Source of the DNA: Chiloscyllium plagiosum
Lineage: Eukaryota
DNA length: 64,000 nt
Assembly: GCF_004010195.1 (NCBI RefSeq)
Contig: NC_057719.1
Coordinates: 81,920,309 to 81,984,308, forward strand
Direction: 5' to 3'
In this document: positions 1 through 11,846 of the stretch, one piece after another
How positions within the stretch are numbered: the first letter of the stretch is position 1
Layout: each line of letters starts with the position of its first letter
The notes under the pieces: model-generated
The model's input: only the letters and a program-made list of their open reading frames with translations
Database searches by the model: none
What the model was told of the DNA's origin: nothing
Made by a program: the position numbers and the translations under genes

Positions 1-850
1 TGAGTGGTCAGATGCATGGCAGGTGCAGTTTAATGTGGATAAATGTATGGTTTTCCACTTTGGTGGCAAGAACAGGAAGGCAGATTACTACCTAATGGAA
101 CCAATTTAGGTAAAGGGGCAGTACAACGAGATCTGGGTGTTCTTGTACACCAGTCAATGAAGGTAAGCATGCAGGTACAGCAGGTAGTGAAGAAGGCTAA
201 TAGCATGCTGGCCTTCATAACAAGAGGGTTAGGGTTAGGGTTGAGTATGGAAGCAAAGAGGTTCTTCTGCAGCTGTACAGGGCCCCTGGTGAGACCACAC
301 CTGGAGTACTGTGTGCAGTTCTGGTCTCCAAATTTGAGGAAAGATATTCTGGCTATTGAGGGAGTGCAGCGTAGGTTCACGAGGTCAATTCCTGGAATGG
401 CGGGACTACCTTATGCTGAAAGACTGGAGCGACTGGGCTTGTATACCATTGAGTTTAGAAGACTGAGAGGGGATCTGATTGAGATGTATAAGATTATTAA
501 AGGATTGGACACTCTGGAGGAAGGAAACATGTTTCCGCTGATGGGTGAGTGCCGAACCAGAGGACACAGCTTAAAAATACGGGGTAGACCATTTAGGACA
601 GAGATAAGGAAAAACTTCTTCACCCAGAGAGTGGTGGCTGTGTGGAATGCTCTGCCCCAGAGGGCAGTAGAGACCCAGTCTCTGGATTCATTTAAGAAAG
701 AGTTGGATAGAGCTCTCAAGGATAGTGGAATCAAGGGTTATGGAGATAAGGCAGGAACAGAATACTGATTAAGGATGATCAGCCATGATCATATTGAATG
801 GTGGTGCAGGCTCGAAGGGCAGAATGGCCTACTCCTGCACCTATTGTCTA
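1..850 (+). mobile_element. CR1-clade LINE, 3' part of ORF2 and 3'UTR
   Basis: ORF 43-768 carries CR1 RT C-terminal motifs ([44 protein letters not shown]); ends gaatggcctactcctgcacctatt. Confidence 0.92.
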
Positions 851-3772
851 GAAATCGCAGGATCGTGAGATTAGGAACAGAGAGTGAGTGCAGCTGAACA
901 CATGGTTGCAGAGCTGGTGCAGGAGGGAGGGCTTCAGATACATGGATCATTGGGATATCTTCTGGGGAAAGTGGGACCCGCACAAGGAGGAGTTTGCACC
1001 TTACCTGGAGGCACCAATATCCAGGAGGTTTGCTGGAGCTGTTCGGGAGCGTTTAAACTAGATTGGCAAGGGGGGCTGGGAATCAGAGGCACAGATCAGA
1101 GAATGGAGTAGCTGGTGAACAGGTAGATACAGAATGCTGAGTCTGTGAGGAAAGATAGATAGTTGATAAGGCAAAGTTGCAATCAGTGTGATGGGTTGAA
1201 GTATGTCTCTTTTAATGCAGGAAGTTTCAGGAATAAGGGTGGTGAACTTAGAGCATGGATCTGTACTTGGAGCTATGATGTTGTGGCCATAACTGAGACC
1301 TGGATATCACAGGGGCAGGAATGGTTGTTGGATGTTCCAGGGTTTTGATGTTTCAAAAGGAATAGGGATGGAGATAAATGAGGTGGAGGAACGGCATTGC
1401 TAATCATAGCTGCAGAAAGGGAGGTCATCAAGGTGGGTTTGTCCACAGAGTCCGTATGGGATGAAGTCAGAAACAGGAAAGGCGTAGTCACTTTATTGGG
1501 AGTTTTCTATAGACCCCCCCCCCCAATAGCAATAGAGACACTGAGGTGCAGATTGGGGGACAGAGTTTGGAAAAGTGCAGGAGTAACAGGGTTATTGTCA
1601 TGGGTGACTTCAGCTTCCCTAATATTGATTGGAATCTCCTTAGTGCAAATAGTTTGGATGGAGCAGATTTTGTCAGGTGTGTCCAAGAGGGGTTTCTGAC
1701 TCAATATGTAAATCGGCCAACTAGAGGGGAAGCGTGTCAGATCTCTCGGTGGGAGAGCATTTCGGTGATGATCACAACTCCCTGACCTTTACTGGTAGGG
1801 TGAAGGAACCTTGGTTGAGATGTGGAACATGCCGTCAAGGGGAAGAAGGAAGCTTACTTAAGGTTGAGGAAACACGGATCAGACAGGACTCTGGAAGGGT
1901 TACAAGTAGCCAGGCAAGAACTAAAGAATGGACTTACGAGAGCTAGAAGGGGGCATGAAAAAGCCTTGTTGGGTAGGATTAAAGAAAACCCCAAGCCTTC
2001 TACACAAGGAACAAGAGGATGGCCAGAGTGAGGGTAGGGCCAATCAGGGATAGTGGAGGGAACTTGTGCCTGGAGTTGGAGGAGGTAGGGAAGTTCCTTA
2101 AAGAATACTTTGCCACAGTATTCACTAGTGAGGGGGACCTTGTCATTTGCGATGACACTGTGAAACAGGCTGATACGCCCAAACAAGTTGATGTTAAGGA
2201 GGAGGATGTGCTGGAAATTTTGAAAAACAAGGATCGATAAGTCCCCTGGGCCAGATGGGATATGCCCAAGGTTACAACAGGAAGCGAGGGAAGATGTTGC
2301 TGCACCTTTGGCAATGATCTTTGCGTCCTCACTGTCCACAGTAGTACCAGATGATTGGAAGGTGGCAAATGTTATTCCCTTGTTCAAGAAAAGGAATAGG
2401 AATAACCCTGGGAATTACAGACCAGTCAGTCTCATGTCTGCAGTGGGCAAATTATTGGAGAGGATTCTGAGAGACAGGATTTATGATTATTTGGAAAAGC
2501 ATATTTTGATTATAGATAGTCAGTATGGATTTGAGAGGGGCAGGTCATGCCTCACAAACCTTATTGAATTATTTGGGGATGTGACAAAACACATTGATGA
2601 AGGTAGAACAGTGAATATGGTGTACATGGATTTTAGCAAGACATTTGATAAGATTCCCCATGGTAGGATCATTCAGAAAGTGAGGAGGCATGGGATACAG
2701 GGAAATTTGGCTGTCTGAATACAGAATTGGCTGGCCCATAGAAGACAGAGGGTGGAAGTAGGGGAAAATATTCAGTCTGGAGCTCAGTGACCAGTGGTGT
2801 TCTTCAGGGATCTGTTCTGGGTCACCTGCTCTTTATCATTTTTATAAATGATTTAAATGAGAAAGTGGAAAGATAGATTAGTAAGTTTGCCAATGACACA
2901 AAGGTTACTGGAGTGGTAGATAGTGTGGAGGGCATTTGTAGGTTGCAACAGGACATTGACAAGATGCAGAGCTCGGCTGATAAGTGGTAGATGGAGTTCA
3001 ACCTGGAAAAGTGTGAAGTGATTCATTTTGGAAGGCCAAATTTGAATGCAGAATACAGGGCTAAAGACAGGATTCTTGGCAATGTGGAGGAGGGATCTTG
3101 GGGTCCATGTGCATAGATCCCTCAAAGTCGCCACCAAGGTTAATAGGGTTGTGAAGAAGGCGTATGGTGTTGGCTTTCATTAGCAGGGGAATTGAGTTTA
3201 AGAGCCGCGAGGTTATGCTGCAGCTGTATAAAGCCCTGGTTAGAATACATTTGGAATATTGTGTTCAGTTGTGGTCGCCTCATTATAGGAAGAATGTGGA
3301 AGCTTTAGAGAGCGTGCAGAGGAGATTTATCAGGATGTTGCCTGGACTGGAGGGCAAGTCTTATGAAGAAAGGTTGAGGGAGCTAGGGCTTTTCTCATTG
3401 GTGCAAAGAAGGATGAGAGGTGACTTGATAGAGGTGTACAAGATGATGAGAGGCATAGAGAGAATGAATAGTCAGAGACTATTTTCCCCAGGATGAAAAT
3501 GGCTATCATGAAGGTGCATAATTTTAAGGTGATTGGAGGAAGGTTTAGGGGAGATGTCAAAGGCAGGTTCTTTACAGAGGGTGGTGGGTTCATGGAATGC
3601 ACTGCCAGCAGTGGTAGTAGAGTCAGATACATTAGGGACATTTAAGTGACTCTTGGATATGTATATGGATGACAGTACAATGAAGGGGATGTAGGTTAGT
3701 TTGATCTTAGAGTAGGATAAAAGGTCAGTACAATTATCGAGAGCCAAAGGGCCTGTACTGTTCTATTTTCTA
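851..3772 (+). mobile_element. CR1-clade LINE, degenerate: ORF1 end, APE endonuclease and RT
   Basis: LNTWLQSWCRREGFRYMDHWDIFWG (CR1 ORF1-like), YDVVAITETW and MGDFSFPNIDW (APE), PGNYRPVSL, YMDFSKTFDKIPH and LEYCVQLWSP (RT). Many stops and frameshifts; ends tgttctattttcta. Confidence 0.92.
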
Positions 3773-4109
3773 AACAGTAACTGAAAACCTGAACAATAGC
3801 AGTGAGACACCTCATAAGATGCATAAGTACAAGTTGTACTAGCTGTGCTAAGCAACAATCTGCATTTAAATAGTTCCTTTAATTCAGCAAAATATCCCAA
3901 CACAACTTAGAAGCATTAACGTACAAAGTCACATCCGGAAATGTGAGGTCAAGTAGCCAGAGATTTGGTCTCAGAACTATTTTAAAGGAGAGTTTTGAAT
4001 GAGGTATGAGGAATAAAAGGTGGTCAGGTTTTGTGCAAGTAAATCTGGAGCTAAGGGCCTAGATAGCTACAGTCACCAATAGTGAAACAATAAAAATCCT
4101 CTAGAGCCA

Positions 4110-4380
4110 AAGGAGGCAGTGATGTAGTAGTAATGTCTAGTTATCCAGAACCCCAGGCTAATGTTATGGGATCCCACTACGGTAGATGGTGAAATCTGAA
4201 TTCAACAAAATTCATTTTAAAATTAGCCTAATGGTGACTGTGATTGTTTTTTTTTTAAAAGTATCCATCTGGTTCACCAACTGCCATCCTTACCTGATAT
4301 ATTCTGCAGCAATGTTGCTGATTCTTAAATTCCTTCTAGGCAATTAGGAATGGACAATAAAGCAACACCTACATCTCATG
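4110..4380 (+). mobile_element. Degenerate SINE-like repeat with a tail shared with the LINE at 24998-25420
   Basis: tRNA-like head (ggcagtgatgtagtagtaatgtc) and tail gggcaattaggaatggacaataaa; related reverse copies at ~54750-55035 and ~32570-32870. Confidence 0.45.
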
Positions 4381-5238
4381 GGTGAATAATAAGAAAAGTA
4401 CAATTGGAAAAGCACCTTTGCACAGTATTTTGTGTCTGAATTAATCTTTCTGCAATTGTTCTATTTGATGACAGACAATTTGATTTGAGAGATGTTATTC
4501 TTTCCATTAAATACCAAATGCACATATCACATATTCACACATACGTCATAGGGAAAGAGAGAGCCATATAAACACAGAGACATACACTTTGTAGGTATTC
4601 TGATTTGAAACAATGCCAAGTAAAAAAATTGGCTGAGAAATCCTTCTAAGTTCCACCAGAGGTCAGCAAATCTTTGCTATTAAAAGAGCACAATAGTTCC
4701 ACACCGCACTGGCACAGTCTCCTCCAATGTGTCAGACAACGAGTCTTTACTTCGGACTACAGATATAGAGGTTCAGGGGAAGAGCAGGGGTTTGACATGA
4801 CAGATGCATTCAGGACACTTATTTAAACAAGACATCAGGACAGTGACACAGTTAGAGAGAATAAAGCCTCCAGCTAATAGGAGACTATATCGAGGGAAAC
4901 CAACTTTGCTGATTTACTTTGTTAGTCAACACAGCTAGCTTGAAATCCATTTAATTCAGAGAAGTAAGGTCTGGCAATACATTTTCTTGAAAAATGGTGC
5001 CTATTTTTTAATCATGACTTTAATCTGCTACACATTCATATCATTGAATTACATTATGTCCTGGAGACAAGGGCCTATGTTTTAAAGCACTGGCTACATG
5101 ACACCCTGCCCGACCCAAGATAAACAGTACTGCTCACTGTGGAAATGAGCCATACCACAATAGTGCCCCATTCATGGAGATGGAGGACTACAACCTGGTA
5201 TTGTGTCATTTTTTTTAAACTTTGCCCACTATCCAGGA

Positions 5239-5445
5239 TGAAAATGTGTTGCTGGAAAAGCGAAGCAGGTCAGGCAGCATCCAAGGAACAGGAGAATCGA
5301 CGTTTCGGGCATAAGCCCTTCTTCAGGAAAGCTTATGCCCGAAACGTCGATTCTCCTGTTCCTTGGATGCTGCCTGACCTGCTGTGCTTTTCCAGCAACA
5401 CATTTTCAGCTCTGATCTCCAGCATCTGCAGTCCTCACTTTCTCC
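5239..5445 (+). mobile_element. Palindromic Penelope-related mini-element with hammerhead-like core
   Basis: Inverted arms plus 3' tail ending tttctcc; flanking direct repeat ccactatccaggat at 5226-5239 and 5444-5457. Confidence 0.8.
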
Positions 5446-6419
5446 ACTATCCAGGATAGCAATCAGATAAACTTTGGATTTAAAGAACTAAGTCTTAAGG
5501 AACATCTTACAAGACGGTGAAAGAATCAGAGAGATTTAATTTGGGAACTTCACAACTTAGAGCCCAGGCAGCTGACGCCACAGTCACCTATGGTGGAGTG
5601 ATAACAATCGGGAATATACAAAAGGACACAGTCGGAGCAACACAGAGAGCCCAAAGGCTGCAGGAAGCCCAAAAGCCGGGAGAGATGAGGCTACAGAGAC
5701 ATGAGCTAGAGAATGCATAACTGCACCTAAAGAAGGCTCATGGTGAGAGTTTACATATGGGCAGGTTATGTAGGGTTACGATAGGAGGCCAATTCAGGAG
5801 ATCACTATAATGGCCAAAGACCTGAAAAAGCCTGGATGCCTCATCATTCTCATTGGTAATGGTATTGGGAGATTGTGTGGCAAATGAGTCAGAGCTCCCA
5901 CCTCAATAAATCTCCAGTGCTTGCTGCAGTGAGGTGCAATCATTAGAAATAAAAATCTGTCTTTTTTGCCCCTGGAAACCAAAACCCCTTTTGCCACAGA
6001 ATCAAAATTTCCGAAATAATAACATACTGTAAACTTTCACCACATAAATACACTACCAATAGAGCAATCATCAGCTATTGGTTCTGCAAATGTCACAGAA
6101 CCCACACTGAGCAAAGTGATTTGAACAAGAATTGGTGTTGCAGCTGAACCTGATGCCAATCCTGATGATCACAGGAAGTCTGAAAATCTAAGTCATTATT
6201 CAGGTCAGGTTCTCAGTGCACTGTGTATGTGATTTTTCCAAATCGTCATTTTTTGTTTTTCTTTTGTATAATAAACCCATCTGCCTTTACCAAAAGTAAA
6301 CTGACAGCCTCTTTTGGATATGTTCAGTGGCTGACCACCACACTAACAAATTGTAAAAATAAAACCGATGGGTTCTGAGTTGTCAAGCACAACCATCAGC
6401 TGAGATTATAACACTCATC

Positions 6420-6806
6420 TCAGGTTGTGTTCCAGTCCAATCCCAGAGACGTGAACACAAGATTCAATTCTGAAATGTGAATGCCTTGGTCAGATAGCAA
6501 TGTACAGTTGGAGGCACTGTCTTTTGACTAAAATATTAATCCAAGGTCCGACCTGCTCTCCAGGGTATATAAAACAGGCAGAAGAGTTCTCCTCAGTGTC
6601 TTGGCCAATATCTACCCTCATCAACGACACAACCAACATCAGCGGCACAAATTACCATGTCAATTGTAGACTGCTGTTTGTGGCAATTTGCTGTGTACAA
6701 ATTAGCTGTCACTCTTCTAGCATGACACAATTATGAAACTTCAGAAGAGTACTCCTTAGAATAGTGCTTTGTGACATCCTGAGGTTGTGAAAGGCGCTAT
6801 ATAAAT
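6420..6806 (+). mobile_element. Deu-domain-like SINE (SacSINE/AmnSINE-like), degenerate
   Basis: gaagagttctcctcagtgtcttggccaatatctaccctca...ttgctgtgtacaaatt...gaggttgtgaaaggcgctatataaat. Related copies at ~14895-15069, 16140-16470, 20850-21440, 22440-22740, 32250-32560, 41630-41830 and 62030-62400. Confidence 0.6.
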
Positions 6807-7821
6807 TCCCTTTTTTAAAAAAAGTGTTTGAACAATTGTAATGTAGGACATTGTGTTTTGCTTTTGGAGGTATGTTAATGCTGGTGAATGATAACCAGTC
6901 AGTTAGAAACCTGTGTTAGCACAAAGAGGTCAAAGGTCAGATACGTAATTCCTTGAGCATCTCAGCACCAAATTAAGAAGCACAGCCTCATATTTTACGC
7001 AAGTAATTTCTTTCCCTTTCTTGTACAAGTCATCTTCTGGGCATCAAGTGCAATTGCAAAATGATGTAGCAATCAAGTTAGCTTTTACACTGAGCAGAGA
7101 AGATTCAAACTGATTTCACATTTAAAAATTGAAAAGTTACTCGAAGAGGCAGCTCTTCTTTTTAATCTTTGACAAGAAATATTCATCAACTTTAACTCTG
7201 ATTAGTCAGCAACTGTACACACGTATGGAAAGCACAATAAATCATCCCAGCCAACAAAATAAGGCAGGACAGGCAAAGCAAGTTCAGTCACCTAGAGTAT
7301 CTATGGCACTGACATGCAATTAAAGGAGCACCACTGGCTCACAGTGTCAGGTCTCAGCCCTCCCGATCCCTGTGTTCTCCTCCTGCTCCCATGGCCCCCA
7401 ACCGACTTTCCAAGATCTTCCACTTTTTCTTCACTTTCCACTCTCATCACTCTGCCACTGGCATCCCCACACCTTCAATCCTGACTTTTGGATTCCCACT
7501 CTAAACCAATTCATTCAAGTTTGATCACCCATCTTTCACTTGGTGTTGATTTTTAATGTAATTATGCTCCTGTGAAGGCATTGCTTAAATGCAAGTTGGC
7601 AAGGAGCAAAAGCTGATCGTTACTTAGAAATTCTTTACTAGCCGTGCAAGCTGACCAACTTGGAAATGGTTTAAGAAGCCTGGTTAGGCCATACCATGAT
7701 AGCCACTCTAATATGGATATTGTAAATCAGCTGAGGGGTCTTAATGAACACCATAAAATTGTACACCTCCATCTCATAAAATTGTACAGCCTAAAAGAGG
7801 CCATTCATACCTATGCTGGTA

Positions 7822-8242
7822 AAGGCTGGGGCTGTTTTCCCTGGAGCGTTGGGAGGCTGAAGGGTGACCTTATAGAGGTTTATAAAATTATGGGGGGCAT
7901 GGATACGATAAATAGACAAAAGTCTTTTCCCTGGGGTGGGGGAATCCAGAACTAGAGGGCATAGGTTTAGGGTGAGAGGGGAAAGATATAAAAGAGACCT
8001 ACAGAGCAACTTTTTCACACAGAGGGTGGTGCGTGTATGGAATGAGCTACCAGAGGGAGTGGCGGAGGCTGGTCCAATTGCAACATTTAAAAGGCATTTG
8101 GATGGGTATATGAATAGGAAGGGTTTGGAGGGATATGGGCCGGATGCTGGCAGGTGGGACTAGATTGGGTTGGGATATCTGGTCGGCATGGACGGTTTGG
8201 ACTGAAGGGTCTGTTTCCATGTTGAACATCTCTATGACTCTA
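7822..8242 (+). mobile_element. Young CR1 (HER1-like) 3' fragment
   Basis: SRTRGHRFRVRGERYKRDL..NFFTQRVVRVWNELPE; ends ctctatgactct. Confidence 0.9.
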
Positions 8243-8823
8243 TAAGTTATCCAATTAATCCTTTTGCCCTGTTCTTCCCTCGCTAACCAGCCCAGCCAAT
8301 TTTATTTTATTATTATGTATTGATTCAGTTTTGTTTTGAAGGTTATTAATGATTCTGCTTTTGCCATCTTTTCAAGCAGTGTGTTCCACATCCTAACATT
8401 TGCCTCTTCTGCTTTTATTGCCAACTTTCTAAAAGGCAAGTCCTCAACTTATCAAACAACTATCAGGAGAACTAGCTCTTCCCCAGCTTCACTATGGAGA
8501 CACTGTCTTTAACTCTCCACTTAACCTTCTCTGCTTTAAGGCACAGAATAAGGTTCTCCACTCTCAGCATTTAACTGAATTTACCTCATTTCTCAAGCAA
8601 CTCCCAAACCAGTAAATCTCATCTGCACCCTCTCTAATACTTTGACATCCAGCTTTAAGCTTGCCGCCAAGAATAGAATATAAGTCTCCGGGCCAACATG
8701 TAAAGATAGTTTAGTGGAAACCTCCATCCACCCTGTTTTGAACTGATCCAAACCCTTCCCAGGTCATCCTCCATCATATCCCAAACACATACGCACATCA
8801 ATATGAAAGATAAGGTTGTATAA

Positions 8824-8829
8824 TTTATT
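8824..8829 (-). terminator. Probable RPAP1 polyadenylation signal AATAAA (3'UTR ~8800-9468)
   Basis: AATAAA on the minus strand ~640 nt after the stop, followed ~25 nt later by a GU-rich tract (tgatgtgcgtatgtgtttgg). Confidence 0.65.
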
Positions 8830-9468
8830 CAAAAATTAGTACATTGGATCTGTGGCTCACAGTTCAGACACCCGATGTAAAATCTCACCCGTGCAAACTG
8901 CTTCAGCAGCAAGCAATAGCAACCCATGGAAGATGGAACAAGAATCTCTCTTTACAATTCATGTCAAGCTAGGCCATTCCAAGATGTCCTAATCTTCCTC
9001 TGTGAAGATACAGCCACGATGTTCACCTGGACTCTCCAGAAATTCGCTCTTCAGGTTAACACAGTAACGTGGGCCCAGGCATCCAATCTCATGGTACAGT
9101 TAAAATACACCCAGCACTGAGTTGTGAATGAGCTCCTGATCATCAAGGTAAAACCTGCTCTGGTAGAAGGGCGTTTGGGATGGCAGTGGTGTCATCCTGT
9201 GTGACCTGCTTTGTCCAGGGCTCCGTCATTGGGGCCTAGGCTGACTGCGAATTAAAACTCGCCTTTATAAACATACAAAAAGTTCGCAGATGATAAAATA
9301 ACTTTTGTCCATTTGCTGTTTCAGATCTCAGGACACGTGGATTCACCTCAGTTCTTCTGGGGATTCATTTGCCGAATGGAAAGGTACCCTCTGGACTGAA
9401 ACTCCCCCCCCCACCCCCTCCCTAAGTGGCTACGTCACCCCACTTCCCTGGTGTCAGCTTCTCGCCTG

Positions 9469-9624
9469 TTACTTTGCCTCCAACCCAACCTCTGGAGGTA
9501 GAAGGTCCCCAAGGACTTTTTGCATCCACCTGCACCTGATCGGAGGCAGCTCCTCGTACAAATCAAAGCCAAAGGGTGACTCCACATTGGGCAACTTAAA
9601 GTGAAGCAGGTGTCTTCTCAGTGC
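9469..9624 (-). CDS. RPAP1: RPAP1 last coding exon with stop
   Basis: ctatctag|GCA...AAG TAA. ALRRHLLHFKLPNVESPFGFDLYEELPPIRCRWMQKVLGDLLPPEVGLEAK*. 156 nt. Confidence 0.95.
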   Translation of the reverse strand, partial: ALRRHLLHFKLPNVESPFGFDLYEELPPIRCRWMQKVLGDLLPPEVGLEAK

Positions 9625-9785
9625 CTAGATAGAGTAGAGAAAAAAATTTGAGCTTAATTCTTTAATAGCTTCAGTATCTCAAAAGGGCTTTACAGTTAAT
9701 GTTGAAGTGTTATTGCTGTTTCAATAGGGAAATTTAAGAGCCAAAACAACAAATTATAATGGCTACGTAATTCTGATTTTGTTTT

Positions 9786-10007
9786 AGAGTCATAGAGATG
9801 TACAGCATGGAAACAGACCCTTCGGTCCAACCCATCCATGCCGACCAGATATCCCAACCCAATCTAGTCCCACCTGCCAGCACCCTGCCCATATCCCTCC
9901 AAACCATTCCTATTCATATACCCATCCAAATGCCTCTTAAATGTTGCAATTGTATCAGCCTCCACCACTTCCTCTAGCAGCTCATTCCATACACGTACCA
10001 CCCTCTG
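9786..10007 (-). mobile_element. Young CR1 3' end running into a gap
   Basis: Reverse complement of the 3' end of the 7822-8242 family (agagtcatagagatgtacagcatggaaacagaccc...). Confidence 0.9.
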
Positions 10008-10865
10008 NNNNNNNNNNNNNNNNNNNNNNNNNNNNNNNNNNNNNNNNNNNNNNNNNNNNNNNNNNNNNNNNNNNNNNNNNNNNNNNNNNNNNNNNNNNNN
10101 NNNNNNNNNNNNNNNNNNNNNNNNNNNNNNNNNNNNNNNNNNNNNNNNNNNNNNNNNNNNNNNNNNNNNNNNNNNNNNNNNNNNNNNNNNNNNNNNNNNN
10201 NNNNNNNNNNNNNNNNNNNNNNNNNNNNNNNNNNNNNNNNNNNNNNNNNNNNNNNNNNNNNNNNNNNNNNNNNNNNNNNNNNNNNNNNNNNNNNNNNNNN
10301 NNNNNNNNNNNNNNNNNNNNNNNNNNNNNNNNNNNNNNNNNNNNNNNNNNNNNNNNNNNNNNNNNNNNNNNNNNNNNNNNNNNNNNNNNNNNNNNNNNNN
10401 NNNNNNNNNNNNNNNNNNNNNNNNNNNNNNNNNNNNNNNNNNNNNNNNNNNNNNNNNNNNNNNNNNNNNNNNNNNNNNNNNNNNNNNNNNNNNNNNNNNN
10501 NNNNNNNNNNNNNNNNNNNNNNNNNNNNNNNNNNNNNNNNNNNNNNNNNNNNNNNNNNNNNNNNNNNNNNNNNNNNNNNNNNNNNNNNNNNNNNNNNNNN
10601 NNNNNNNNNNNNNNNNNNNNNNNNNNNNNNNNNNNNNNNNNNNNNNNNNNNNNNNNNNNNNNNNNNNNNNNNNNNNNNNNNNNNNNNNNNNNNNNNNNNN
10701 NNNNNNNNNNNNNNNNNNNNNNNNNNNNNNNNNNNNNNNNNNNNNNNNNNNNNNNNNNNNNNNNNNNNNNNNNNNNNNNNNNNNNNNNNNNNNNNNNNNN
10801 NNNNNNNNNNNNNNNNNNNNNNNNNNNNNNNNNNNNNNNNNNNNNNNNNNNNNNNNNNNNNNNNN
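10008..10865. other. Assembly gap (N run)
   Basis: Run of n; other gaps at 15070-15569 and 35753-35843. All three abut young CR1 copies. Confidence 1.
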
Positions 10866-11394
10866 TCAAAGTTTGGGAGAAGATTTGTAGCTCGGGTGCT
10901 CGTTGTTGTAGTTCTGTTGACCGAGCTGGGAATTTGTGTTGCAGACGTTTCGTCCCCTGTCTAGGTGACATCCTCAGTGCTTGGGAGCCTCCTGTGAAGC
11001 GCTTCTGTAATGTTTCCTCCAGCATTTATAGTGATTTGTATCTGCTGCTTCCGGTTGTCAGTTCCAGCTGTCCGATGCAGTGGCCAGTATATTGGGTCCA
11101 GGTTGATGTGCTTGTTGATTGAATCAGTGGATGAATGCCATGCCTATAGCAAAACCAATGTAGTGCACAAAATCCCATGCAAGGATTGCACAAAACACTA
11201 CATAGGACAAACAGGAAGACAGCTAACGATCTGCATCCATGAACATCAACTAGCCACGAAACGACATGACCAGCTATCCTTAGTAGCCACACACTCAGAT
11301 GACAAGCAACATGAGTTCGACTGGGACAACACTACTATTATAGGACAAGCCAAACAGAGAACAACCAGGGAATTCCTAGAGGCATGGCACTCAT
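10866..11394 (-). mobile_element. Penelope-like element fragment (GIY-YIG endonuclease plus 3' end) with internal inversion
   Basis: Plus 11146-11394 encodes NVVHKIPCKDCTKHYIGQTGRQL..IHEH...FDWDN...REFLEAWHS (PLE GIY-YIG). Minus 11145-10866 continues AWHSSTDSINKHINLDPIY and a 3' region with a hammerhead core. Confidence 0.88.
10941..10980 (-). ncRNA. Minimal type I hammerhead ribozyme motif
   Basis: Minus strand reads GCA-CUGAGGA-U-GUC-A-CCU-AGAC-AGG-G-GAC-GAAAC-GUC-UGC: stem I GCA/UGC, intact core, stem II, and a palindromic ACGU in place of stem III. Confidence 0.7.
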
Positions 11395-11789
11395 TTACAC
11401 ATGATCTACTCCCTTTATTCTCTAATAAACCTCAGATAGACCTCCCCTCAGCCTTGTTTCTCTGAAGTGTACAGTCCCAGTTAGCCCTGTCATGATAACT
11501 ACAATGCTTCATACTGGGAATGGGTCCAGTGGCTTTCACCGGCACCCATTCCAGACCCTCAACATTACCAATCCCAAGAAGAGACTATTACAGGAAACAG
11601 CATTCTAAGTGAGACATGACCTAAGTCTTGTACGAGGACAGAAGAGGACGGGCATATGTTTGTATAAGGACAAGGACATGCTTGTTGGGGGTGGGTGGGG
11701 AGCATAATCTGCACTTAATAGCCCTCAGAGTGCTACAGCAAAGTAATACAGATTTTGGTAAAATGAAATGAAAACAGAAAAAAACCCAC

Positions 11790-11846
11790 CTCATCTGTTA
11801 ATAGGTAAGATTTCCGAAGCATGCTCTTCCTGGCAGCATCAAACGC
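11790..11846 (-). CDS. RPAP1: RPAP1 penultimate coding exon (not in ORF track)
   Basis: ttttgcag|GCG...GAG|gtgggt. AFDAARKSMLRKSYLLTDE, similar to recalled human EVKAARRSMLQKTWLLADE. 57 nt. Confidence 0.93.

Noticed and set aside
43..768. 241-aa ORF as a host gene or active RT
   Set aside because: CR1 ORF2 C-terminus with compensating frameshifts; a decayed retroelement.
9941..11122. Long ORFs spanning N runs (also 14987-15919 and 35378-36017)
   Set aside because: Artefacts of assembly gaps joining repeat fragments.
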